Both the position numbers and the translations under genes were made by a program. A stretch of DNA of 64,000 nt from an uncultured Bdellovibrionales bacterium (GTDB lineage: Bacteria; Patescibacteriota; Minisyncoccia; Moranbacterales; UBA1568). How positions within the stretch are numbered: position 1 is the stretch's first letter; each line of letters begins with the position of its first letter. Shown here piece after piece: positions 47,053 through 55,050 of the stretch. Location of the stretch: contig CAZIZG010000006.1 of the NCBI GenBank assembly GCA_964543815.1, positions 3,656 through 67,655 of the forward strand, given 5' to 3'. The notes under the pieces were generated by a model, which saw only the letters and a list, made by a program, of their open reading frames with translations, was not told the origin of the DNA and searched no databases.

Positions 47053-47598
47053 TTGCTTATTATGGAGAATGAAAACGCGGGAAGTGTGCCACCAGTAACC
47101 CCGGCACCTCAAGAGACAAAGCCGGAGGGGGGATCAAGTGCAACCCCTACGCATGCTGGTATAATTTCTCAGCTTGAAGCACTTCTTGATGAGTACATGA
47201 TACAAAAAGCACCGTTTGCTATTCCGCCAGCTGGCAAAGAAATCATCGTGAAGATTTCTCCTTATTTGGTCATTATCTCTGCCGTCATTCTCGTTCCGGC
47301 TGTGCTTGCTGCTCTCGGTCTCTCGGCGGTCATGGCTCCTGTCGCTATGATGGGTGGGAGTGTCTGGGGAGTAAAGGCCATCCTATCACTCCTCGTTTCG
47401 GTAGCGTCACTCGTTGTAGAATTGATGGCAGTCCCGGGGCTCTTCAAGCGAACCAAGGGTTCCTGGCGTTTGGTGTTTTACGCGACGCTCATCAGTCTTG
47501 TGGGGAGTCTTCTCACTATGAATATTATCGGCGGTCTCATCGGTGCCATCATCGGTTGGTATATCCTCTTCCAGGTGAAGGATATGTACAAAAACTAA
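47053..47598 (+). CDS. Hypothetical polytopic membrane protein
   Basis: 181 aa. Pro/Thr-rich N-terminus then 3-4 TM helices. Confidence 0.4.
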   Translation: MLIMENENAGSVPPVTPAPQETKPEGGSSATPTHAGIISQLEALLDEYMIQKAPFAIPPAGKEIIVKISPYLVIISAVILVPAVLAALGLSAVMAPVAMMGGSVWGVKAILSLLVSVASLVVELMAVPGLFKRTKGSWRLVFYATLISLVGSLLTMNIIGGLIGAIIGWYILFQVKDMYKN

Positions 47599-47612
47599 CC
47601 TCTACCTTATCA

Positions 47613-47646
47613 AAAAGACCCCTCATCATGAGGGGTCTTTTTTGGC
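47613..47646 (+). terminator. Intrinsic terminator (copy B, 29/30 identical to copy A at 44443)
   Basis: aaaaaGACCCCTCatcatGAGGGGTCtttttt. Confidence 0.75.
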
Positions 47647-47663
47647 TTGAGAGAGGGTAAAGA

Positions 47664-47692
47664 TACTTGACAATATACATATTTAGGTGTAC
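47664..47692 (+). promoter_or_regulatory. Consensus sigma70 promoter (TTGACA, 17 nt spacer, TACAAT) with ~100-nt structured leader
   Basis: TTGACAatatacatatttaggtgTACAAT. Leader hairpins gaagg-gtaat-ccttc and gggctc-aact-gagccc. RBS aggaga. Confidence 0.55.
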
Positions 47693-47801
47693 AATGTATA
47701 GAACAGTGCCAGGAATGGCTCTGTCTCAACACCGGGTGAAGGGTAATCCTTCATCCATCGAGTCCGGGCTCAACTGAGCCCATTCACACCAGGAGATTGT
47801 C

Positions 47802-48146
47802 ATGAGCTTCCGCACGCTTGTTTCCTTGGTCATGATTGCCATTTCGATGATGCTCGGCGCTTGCGCCCATCGTGTCACCGAAACCGTCCATCCTGATGGT
47901 TCGCGTACGACGACCACTGAGACCCGAGTGGCTTCGACTACCGGGTACTACAGTGGGTACTACGCGGCGCCGGCACACGTCCATGATCGTGAGACCTGGA
48001 CATACTCGCCCGCTTGGGTGAGTGGCCTGAAGAACCAGTGGACCTACCCGACGCCGACGCGTCTGCCCAATGGTCAGATGGCTCTCGTCTGCTGGCCGGG
48101 CGTGCGCAATACCACGCCAGTGAACGGCGTGTGCCGCGACAAGTAA
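47802..48146 (+). CDS. Small lipoprotein (lipobox LGAC), GC-rich islet
   Basis: MSFRTLVSLVMIAISMMLGAC signal plus lipobox; ~60% GC; Thr/Tyr-rich mature region; 4 Cys. Confidence 0.55.
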   Translation: MSFRTLVSLVMIAISMMLGACAHRVTETVHPDGSRTTTTETRVASTTGYYSGYYAAPAHVHDRETWTYSPAWVSGLKNQWTYPTPTRLPNGQMALVCWPGVRNTTPVNGVCRDK

Positions 48147-48312
48147 GTCGCGCGAAGACGTGACAACCCTGGAGGCGGCCCCTTGTAGTTTACAAGCGGG
48201 CCGTTTCAATTTTTTAGAACATCCGGTGTCTTTTGTGAAATTTTGTTATACGGTATACTAAGCAAGTGAGAAATATTTTCTCGTTCTTCGTTATTCGTCA
48301 AAGAGAGTAAAC

Positions 48313-49740
48313 ATGAAAAAGACAAAAATCGTCGCCACTATTGGTCCGGCCTCAGAATCCAAAGAAAAACTCCGGGAGATGGTGGCTGCTGGTATGAACG
48401 TAGCGCGGCTTAACTTTTCCCACGGTGAATATAGTTGGCACAAAGAGGTCATCAATCGTTTGCGAGAACTGTCGCACGAACTCAATCAACCCATTGGGAT
48501 TTTGGCTGATCTCCAAGGACCACGTATCCGGACGGGAGTAGAGGAAGAAATTGTGGTGAAGCAGGGGGATCGAGTACGAGTGAGTGATGTGGCGTGGAGC
48601 GAGAAACTCCCAACTACGGACACGCCAACCATCACCCTCGATATGGCTAATATTATCTCTGGGGTTGATGTTCGTCACGCCATTCTTATTGAAGACGGGA
48701 CTATCGAACTAACAGTAGAGGAAAAAGGAGAAGGATTTGTTGTCGCTGTTGCTCAAAATGAGGGTGTTATCAAAAACCGGAAGGGAGTCATTCTTCCAGA
48801 CTCAACCCTGACACTTTCGATTCTTTCCGAAAAGGATATAGCCGACCTTCATTTTGTGCTCGAAGAGGGGGTAGACTATGTCGGTCTGTCCTTTGTCGGC
48901 TCAGCGGCTGACATCGAGAGCGTGCGTCGAGAAATGCAAGGTGTGCTCGGAGAGAAAGCTCGTCTGCCTCAGATAGTTGCCAAAATTGAACGGAAAGAAG
49001 CTATCAAAAATCTCGTCTCCATTATTGAAGTGACTGATGCGGTTATGGTGGCCCGGGGTGATCTCGGTATCGAAATGCCCCAGAGCGAAGTAGTTATTCT
49101 TCAGAAGCGTATCATTGCTGAGAGCTTGCGCCACGGGAAGCCGGTTATTGTAGCCACTCAGATGATGAAATCGATGACCGAGAATCCGCGACCAACCCGA
49201 GCTGAGGTGTCCGATGTTTCCAATGCTGTTATTGATCATACTGACGCAGTGATGCTTTCAGAGGAATCAGCTATGGGGAAATACCCGGTAGAAACTATTC
49301 GGATGATGGCAGAAATTATCAAAAAGACTGAGGAATCACCCTTCGATGACTTGTATCGGACCCTTGATCTTAATTGGAAGAACGAGTATGCCACAATGAT
49401 GAGGAGTGTCTACGAATTGGCGAAGAGCTTTCGGGCCAAGGGTATCATCCTCCTTTCGATGAGTGGTTTGACGGCACGTCTCGTTTCGCATTTTCGGCCA
49501 GCAATGCCGATATTGGTAGCGACCAACAATCGTGAGACTTGGCAGGCACTTTCGCTCGTCTGGGGAGTGGTACCGTCACTCTATGAGGGCGACACGCGTC
49601 TTGATACGTTTGCTGATCGTGTCATGCAGGATGCGAAAACGTCGGAATTATTGCAGATAGGTAATCAAGTAGTGGTGTTTCATGGTCGTACCCCGGATCA
49701 GGAGACGCTCAAGTTAGTCGGTATTAGAGAAGTACGATAA
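48313..49740 (+). CDS. pyk: Pyruvate kinase
   Basis: MKKTKIVATIGPAS...NFSHG N-terminus, 475 aa. Confidence 0.95.
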   Translation: MKKTKIVATIGPASESKEKLREMVAAGMNVARLNFSHGEYSWHKEVINRLRELSHELNQPIGILADLQGPRIRTGVEEEIVVKQGDRVRVSDVAWSEKLPTTDTPTITLDMANIISGVDVRHAILIEDGTIELTVEEKGEGFVVAVAQNEGVIKNRKGVILPDSTLTLSILSEKDIADLHFVLEEGVDYVGLSFVGSAADIESVRREMQGVLGEKARLPQIVAKIERKEAIKNLVSIIEVTDAVMVARGDLGIEMPQSEVVILQKRIIAESLRHGKPVIVATQMMKSMTENPRPTRAEVSDVSNAVIDHTDAVMLSEESAMGKYPVETIRMMAEIIKKTEESPFDDLYRTLDLNWKNEYATMMRSVYELAKSFRAKGIILLSMSGLTARLVSHFRPAMPILVATNNRETWQALSLVWGVVPSLYEGDTRLDTFADRVMQDAKTSELLQIGNQVVVFHGRTPDQETLKLVGIREVR

Positions 49741-49745
49741 AAGTT

Positions 49746-50345
49746 ATGCTCTCATTTTTTCCTCGAGAACAGAAACGCTTGAAGCGAGAATCGGGGAGCC
49801 TAGCACTCCGTATTCTTTTGGTGACAGACGGGCTGGTTGTTTTTTCTGGTGCCATGCTTGGTCCCATCTATGCTCTTTTTGTTCAAGATATCGGTGGTGA
49901 TATCCTCGATACTGGTTTAGCAGCAGGGGTGTTTACGGCTACGGCTGGCATTGTAGTATTTCTCTCGGGTCGTTTTAGTGACAAAGTACGTGAGACAGAA
50001 CTAGTTGTCGCTTTGGGTTATGCTGCCATTGGACTCGGTTTTCTCAGTTATACCCTCGTTCATTCTGTGACCCAACTCCTTCTTGTTCAGGCTATTATTG
50101 GTTTTGGTCAGGCACTTTCTTCACCATCGTTTGACGCGCTTTATTCTCGCCATGTTGACCCGAAGCGTTCTGGTTCCCAGTGGGGGGCTTGGGAATCAAT
50201 GAGTTATTTTGCGGTAGCTTTCGGAGCACTTGCTGGGAGTACGGTAGTGAGTCTTTTTGGTTTTCGAGTCCTTTTTGTGGTGATGGGATGTTTGGCGCTC
50301 TTGAGTGCTTTCTATATTTATTTCCTTCCCAGGAGGGTACTCTGA
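49746..50345 (+). CDS. Half-size MFS-like membrane protein (6 TM; possible transporter fragment)
   Basis: 199 aa with ~6 TM helices resembling the C-terminal half of an MFS permease. Confidence 0.35.
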   Translation: MLSFFPREQKRLKRESGSLALRILLVTDGLVVFSGAMLGPIYALFVQDIGGDILDTGLAAGVFTATAGIVVFLSGRFSDKVRETELVVALGYAAIGLGFLSYTLVHSVTQLLLVQAIIGFGQALSSPSFDALYSRHVDPKRSGSQWGAWESMSYFAVAFGALAGSTVVSLFGFRVLFVVMGCLALLSAFYIYFLPRRVL

Positions 50346-50420
50346 TAGACTCTCTTGTCGGAATGCGGGAAGTTCGCTAGACTAACTCGTGCTCTCTTCG
50401 GAGGGTTTGCAAAGAGTATT

Positions 50421-50507
50421 GGAAGGGTGGCCGAGCGGCTTAAGGTACTTGCTTGGAAAGCAAGCGTACAAGAAATTGTACCGAGGGTTCGAATCCCTCC
50501 TCTTCCG
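50421..50507 (+). tRNA. tRNA-Ser (anticodon GGA)
   Basis: Manual fold: 7-bp acceptor (GGAAGGG/CTCTTCC), anticodon stem cttgc/gcaag with loop ttGGAaa, long variable arm (gtacaagaaattgtac), T-arm gaggg-ttcgaat-ccctc, discriminator G. Confidence 0.85.
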
Positions 50508-50556
50508 CAGAAGTGAAAAAGGATCGCCTCGCGCGATCCTTTTTTGCTTCTATGAT

Positions 50557-50610
50557 AGGGGTGGTTCGAAGTTTATACCCTTTTTGGGTGAATCCCTCCT
50601 CTTCCGCACC
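50557..50610 (+). repeat. Degenerate duplicate of the tRNA-Ser 3' half, including an exact 19-nt repeat (gaatccctcctcttccgca)
   Basis: Bases 50590-50608 are identical to 50491-50509. The upstream ggggtggttcgaag resembles the T-arm. Flanked by two intrinsic terminators (50513-50547 and 50613-50650). Confidence 0.7.
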
Positions 50611-50730
50611 GTAAAAGAAAAAATCCCAATTAAGGGATTTTTTCTTTGATTGAATTTTTGACCCATTTATTTCCTCGTTAATGAAGATATAGTATGATAA
50701 AAACATTATTTTTTATCACGCATACTTATT

Positions 50731-50994
50731 ATGGGGCAGTATATAATCGAGGGAAATAATATGACTACCCTGGAGCGGGCTTATGATGAGCTCGAGACTG
50801 TTTTTCATCTCCCAGACTATTTTGGCCGTAATCTCGATGCGTTTGAAGAATGTCTCACCGATCTTACCGATGAGGAAGGGAGTCTTAGTGTGACTGTACG
50901 GAATAGCAAGGCAGTCGAGAGCGCTCTGCCGGAATGGGAATCACTGGTAGAAATTTTTTTAGGGAACCCTTTTATTTCGCTTACTGAGGAATAG
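50731..50994 (+). CDS. Barstar-like ribonuclease-inhibitor (immunity) protein
   Basis: 87 aa. LPDYFGRNLDAFEECLTD closely matches the barstar LPEYYGENLDALWDCLTG motif. No adjacent barnase-like gene. Confidence 0.6.
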   Translation: MGQYIIEGNNMTTLERAYDELETVFHLPDYFGRNLDAFEECLTDLTDEEGSLSVTVRNSKAVESALPEWESLVEIFLGNPFISLTEE

Positions 50995-51304
50995 TCGGGA
51001 GGTGTTTCTTTCCCCAGGTGTTGAGGGCGCAAATAAGTGGCGAGAGACTCGCCCCGCGTTTTGAGAGACGATATTCAACCCGGGGAGGAACCTCCGGATA
51101 GACCTTTCGAATAATGAGAGCGTCTTTTTCTAGTTCTCGGAGTGTCTGAATCAGCATTTTTTCGCTAACTGTCGGGATGAGTTTTTTGAGTTCTCCATAG
51201 CGTTTGGTTCCCGAAGAGAGATGCCAGAGGAGAATCGTTTTCCATTTGCCAACAATGAGACGCAGTGTTCGTTCAATAGGGCAGTCAGTGGAAGATGGTT
51301 TCAT
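50981..51304 (-). CDS. HxlR-family winged-helix transcriptional regulator
   Basis: CPIERTLRLIVGKWKTILLWHL...YGELKK; 107 aa. Confidence 0.8.
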   Translation of the reverse strand: MKPSSTDCPIERTLRLIVGKWKTILLWHLSSGTKRYGELKKLIPTVSEKMLIQTLRELEKDALIIRKVYPEVPPRVEYRLSKRGASLSPLICALNTWGKKHLPTIPQ

Positions 51305-51388
51305 AGATTTATACTTACTAAAATGTATGTACTTGTATAATAGTATGTATTAGCTTATACTGCAAGGGTAATTATTCAGAAAAACACT

Positions 51389-52021
51389 ATGTCGAATGTT
51401 GTTGAGGCTCTCAAGTGGCGTTATGCCACTAAACAGTATGATGTCACCAAGAAGCTGACGGATGAACAGGTAGCTACTCTCAAAGAGAGTCTTCGTCTTG
51501 CTCCCTCATCCTTCGGTGTTCAGCCGTGGCATTTTATTGTGGTTGAAAATACCGAGTTACGCGAAAAGTTACGAGCAGCCGGTTATGGGCAGGCTCAAAT
51601 CACCGATGCTTCCCACTTTATAGTTCTCGCTTCGGAAAAAAATGTTGATGTCACCTTGGTAAAAAAATACATGGAGAGTATCGCATCCCAGAAGAATATC
51701 CCAATCGAAAGTCTCTCTGGTTTCAGTGATATGGTGAATGGAGCTATCGCGGCGAAGGGTGAGGCCGGAGCTCGTGAGTGGGCCGCTCGTCAAGTCTATA
51801 TTGCTCTTGGCGTGTTATTGACAGCAGCTGCCTTGGAGCAGATTGATGCTACACCAATGGAGGGTTTTGATTCGAAGGCCTTTGACGATATTCTCGGATT
51901 GGAGGCACGGGGGCTTTCGTCGCAGGTAGTGGTAGCCTTGGGGTTTCGTTCAGAACACGATGAGGCAGCTCAGGCTCCTAAGGTACGCTACAGTGAGAAA
52001 GAGGTATTTACTACCAAGTAA
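51389..52021 (+). CDS. NAD(P)H nitroreductase family protein
   Basis: 210 aa. WRYATKQY...SSFGVQPWHFIVV nitroreductase fold signatures. Divergent from the HxlR gene. Confidence 0.8.
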   Translation: MSNVVEALKWRYATKQYDVTKKLTDEQVATLKESLRLAPSSFGVQPWHFIVVENTELREKLRAAGYGQAQITDASHFIVLASEKNVDVTLVKKYMESIASQKNIPIESLSGFSDMVNGAIAAKGEAGAREWAARQVYIALGVLLTAAALEQIDATPMEGFDSKAFDDILGLEARGLSSQVVVALGFRSEHDEAAQAPKVRYSEKEVFTTK

Positions 52022-52026
52022 TACGT

Positions 52027-52770
52027 ATGCAGTGGGTTTTCCATGAAGCAGCGTCGCGTGGTTTTGGGCGATATGAGTGGCTCACTACGCACTATTCCTT
52101 TAGTTTTGCGAGTTACTATGATCCAAATCGCATGGGATTCGGTCTCCTGCGAGTGCTTAATGATGACGTTATCGCTCCGGGGACTGGCTTCGGTAAGCAC
52201 CCACACGATAACATGGAGATTATTACCATACCTCTTTCGGGGGCCATTCGTCACGAGGATAGTATGGGAAATAGCGCAACGATATCAGTTGGCGAGGTTC
52301 AGGTGATGAGTGCCGGCACGGGGGTGTTTCATGCGGAGTATAATGCTTCCGAGACAGAGCCTCTCTCGCTTCTTCAGATTTGGATTGAGACGAATAAACG
52401 CGACGTACTTCCTCGCTATGGTCAAAAAAGATTTATCGAGGAGGACCTTCGGGATGAATTGTGCCCAGTGGTGGGACCAATAGGAACGACTACACTTGAT
52501 ATCTATCAGGATGCCACTCTCTCACTCGGACGTTTTGAACAGGGGCGGCAGGTCCAGTATAGACTGAGTGATATTACTCATGGGCTGTATTTTTTTGTGA
52601 TAGAGGGAAGTGTCATTATCGAGGGAAAACAGCTCTCTTCACGTGACGGTCTAGGGGTTTGGGATATCCCAGGAGGCATGCTTACTTTTGTGACAGCGCC
52701 AAAAACATATCTCCTTCTTATTGAGATACCGATGACAGAAAAAGCATCCTCTGCTACGCTTGAAGTATAA
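52027..52770 (+). CDS. Pirin-family cupin protein
   Basis: HPHDNMEIITIPLSG...HAEYN cupin metal-binding motifs; 247 aa. Confidence 0.8.
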   Translation: MQWVFHEAASRGFGRYEWLTTHYSFSFASYYDPNRMGFGLLRVLNDDVIAPGTGFGKHPHDNMEIITIPLSGAIRHEDSMGNSATISVGEVQVMSAGTGVFHAEYNASETEPLSLLQIWIETNKRDVLPRYGQKRFIEEDLRDELCPVVGPIGTTTLDIYQDATLSLGRFEQGRQVQYRLSDITHGLYFFVIEGSVIIEGKQLSSRDGLGVWDIPGGMLTFVTAPKTYLLLIEIPMTEKASSATLEV

Positions 52771-52790
52771 ATAACTAAGCGTTATAGCCT

Positions 52791-53090
52791 ATGATTACTG
52801 GCTTTATGGAGTTTGTCAGGAAGCAGGGAGTGGTTGGTCTGGCGGTTGGATTTATTTTAGGCGGCGCTGTTTCGAAGGTAGTGACAGCTCTTGTGACGGA
52901 TATTATTAACCCCATCCTAAGCGTATTCTTGGGGGCGGCTGATGGTCTTAAGAAAGCGAGTATCAATATGGGCGATGTGACTATTCTCTGGGGTGATTTC
53001 TTGAGTGTCCTTATTGATTTTCTCGTCATTGCCCTCGTGGTGTACTACGGGGTCAAGTTGTTGAAGCTCGATACACTTGATAAGAAGTAG
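52791..53090 (+). CDS. mscL: Large-conductance mechanosensitive channel
   Basis: MITGFMEFVRKQGVVGLAVGFILGGA canonical MscL N-terminus; 99 aa. Confidence 0.85.
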   Translation: MITGFMEFVRKQGVVGLAVGFILGGAVSKVVTALVTDIINPILSVFLGAADGLKKASINMGDVTILWGDFLSVLIDFLVIALVVYYGVKLLKLDTLDKK

Positions 53091-53102
53091 GGTGTTTTAA
53101 AA

Positions 53103-53134
53103 AACAGTCCTCGTTTATGAGGGCTGTTTTTTCT
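53103..53134 (+). terminator. Intrinsic terminator after mscL
   Basis: aaaaACAGTCCTCgtttatGAGGGCTGTtttttt. Confidence 0.7.
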
Positions 53135-53192
53135 TGGCGGTTAGGTGGGGTATACTGAAGCAGCTTCTTATTTTTTATTATTTCTATATAGT

Positions 53193-54341
53193 ATGGCACT
53201 TAAGAAACAGGATACAGGAAAGCTCTCGCTTGCTCTTCATAAAAAACTACAGGGAAAAGTAAGTATTACGCCGAAGATTAAGGTTAAGAATCGAACTGAT
53301 TTGGCACTTGTCTATACGCCGGGAGTTGGGGCCGTATCATCCTATATTGCTACTCACAAGGAAAAAATAGCTGACTATACCATGAAGGGGAATACGGTCG
53401 CTGTTATTTCTGATGGGTCGGCAGTACTTGGTCTTGGTAATATCGGTCCAGAAGGGGCGCTCCCGGTGATGGAGGGAAAGGCGCTCTTGTTCAAGTCTCT
53501 ATCGGGCATCGATGCTTTTCCTATCGTTTTAGCGACTCAGGATACTGAGGAGATTATTCAAACGGTAAAAAATATTGCCCCAGTTTTCGGTGGTATCAAC
53601 CTTGAGGACATTGCCGCTCCTCGTTGTTTTGAGATCGAGCGGCGACTTCAGGAAGAGTTGACTATACCAGTACTTCACGACGATCAACACGGGACTGCCC
53701 TCGTAGTCCTTTCAGGACTCATTAACGCTCTCAAGGTCGTCAAGAAACAGCCCAAAAAAATTCGTATGGTGATTGCTGGGGCGGGGGCAGCTGGGACAGC
53801 TATTGCTGAGCTCCTCATGCTCTATGGTGTGGGAGATATTATTATGGTGGACAGTCAGGGTGTTATTCATGATAAGCGTCCGAATCTTGATGCCGAGAAA
53901 AAAATATTGGCCGAAAAGACAAATAGAGAACAGCGAACTGGAGGATTAACGGAGGCTCTTGTGGGGGCAGATGTCTTTGTTGGTGTATCCAAGGGTAACA
54001 CATTGACAGCGGCACACGTGAGTAGTATGGCGAAGCAAGCCATTATCTTCGCTCTTGCGAATCCAGTTCCAGAAATATTACCCCATATTGCCAAAGAAGC
54101 CGGAGCGGCCGTGGTGGCCACTGGGCGATCTGATTTTGCTAATCAGATTAATAATTCACTCGGGTTCCCTGGTATTTTTCGTGGCGCCCTTGATCATGGG
54201 GTGAAAAAGATAACAGATGAAATGCTTATTCGGGCAGCTAAAAATCTTGCCGCACTCGTCAAGACACCAACGGCTGAACGTATTATGCCTAATACCTTCG
54301 ACCCATTGGTGGTACCGGCAGTTGCTAGGGCAATACGTTAA
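53193..54341 (+). CDS. NAD(P)-dependent malic enzyme (short form); start taken at MALKKQ
   Basis: LALVYTPGVG, GGINLEDIAAPRCFEIE, AGAGAAGTAIA Rossmann motif. The ORF-track start at 53145 is probably too early. Confidence 0.85.
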   Translation: MALKKQDTGKLSLALHKKLQGKVSITPKIKVKNRTDLALVYTPGVGAVSSYIATHKEKIADYTMKGNTVAVISDGSAVLGLGNIGPEGALPVMEGKALLFKSLSGIDAFPIVLATQDTEEIIQTVKNIAPVFGGINLEDIAAPRCFEIERRLQEELTIPVLHDDQHGTALVVLSGLINALKVVKKQPKKIRMVIAGAGAAGTAIAELLMLYGVGDIIMVDSQGVIHDKRPNLDAEKKILAEKTNREQRTGGLTEALVGADVFVGVSKGNTLTAAHVSSMAKQAIIFALANPVPEILPHIAKEAGAAVVATGRSDFANQINNSLGFPGIFRGALDHGVKKITDEMLIRAAKNLAALVKTPTAERIMPNTFDPLVVPAVARAIR

Positions 54342-54421
54342 ATTAGAAAGTAGTTTTTCTAAAGGACACTGGTAAATATCAGTGTCCTTTGTGGTATAAT
54401 GAAGTATATTTTTGTTCGAAT

Positions 54422-55015
54422 ATGAATCAAGAAATGGATGAAAAAAATGAAGTAATAGACGAGAGGGCTTCGGTGATTGGAAAATCATCACGGCAACCCC
54501 TATTCGGAGCACTCCTCTTTTGGGGGCTCTTCTTGATCTTTGGAGTGTTAATTGGTGGGGTGATATGGGGGGGATATCTCTCTTGGAACTTTACCAAGGA
54601 TCAGGCGGCATTGCCTTCTATTTCAGGATTGCCTCAGGGGAGTGATGAGAGCCTAGCTCCTGTAACTCGGATTGAAGCGGCACCAATAGTAGCAAGTGAG
54701 CCTGATACCGAAGGCGAATCACTTAAAAAGACTAAAGGAATAGATATTCAAGTGCTCAATGGTGGAGCGGCTAAGGGCAGCGCTGGAACAGTGGCTGAAA
54801 ATTTAAAAAAAGACGGCTTTACTAAAGTAACGGTTGGTAATACGGTTAATAATTATACTGATACGGTTGTTTATTACGCTGTTGGCCATGAGAGTGAGGC
54901 CGACGCCGTAAAGAAATCACTTCTTAAATCCTATCCAAAAGCCGAAACAAAGTCGGCACTTCAGAACAATAAAGAGACTACAGTAGGAACTATTACGGTG
55001 ATTCTTGGGAAATAG
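54422..55015 (+). CDS. Membrane-anchored LytR_C-domain protein
   Basis: TM helix, then DIQVLNGGAAKGSAGTVAENLKKDGF...TDTVVYY, typical of the LytR C-terminal domain. Extended -10 tgtGGTATAAT at 54399-54410. Confidence 0.55.
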   Translation: MNQEMDEKNEVIDERASVIGKSSRQPLFGALLFWGLFLIFGVLIGGVIWGGYLSWNFTKDQAALPSISGLPQGSDESLAPVTRIEAAPIVASEPDTEGESLKKTKGIDIQVLNGGAAKGSAGTVAENLKKDGFTKVTVGNTVNNYTDTVVYYAVGHESEADAVKKSLLKSYPKAETKSALQNNKETTVGTITVILGK

Positions 55016-55050
55016 CAGGGGGAAAATAAAAAGACGCAACACAGACAAGT

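Noticed and set aside
50389-50706. ORFs 50389..50649 (+) and 50440..50706 (-)
   Set aside because: They overlap the tRNA-Ser gene, its duplicated 3' fragment and two terminators. Non-coding explanations account for the region.
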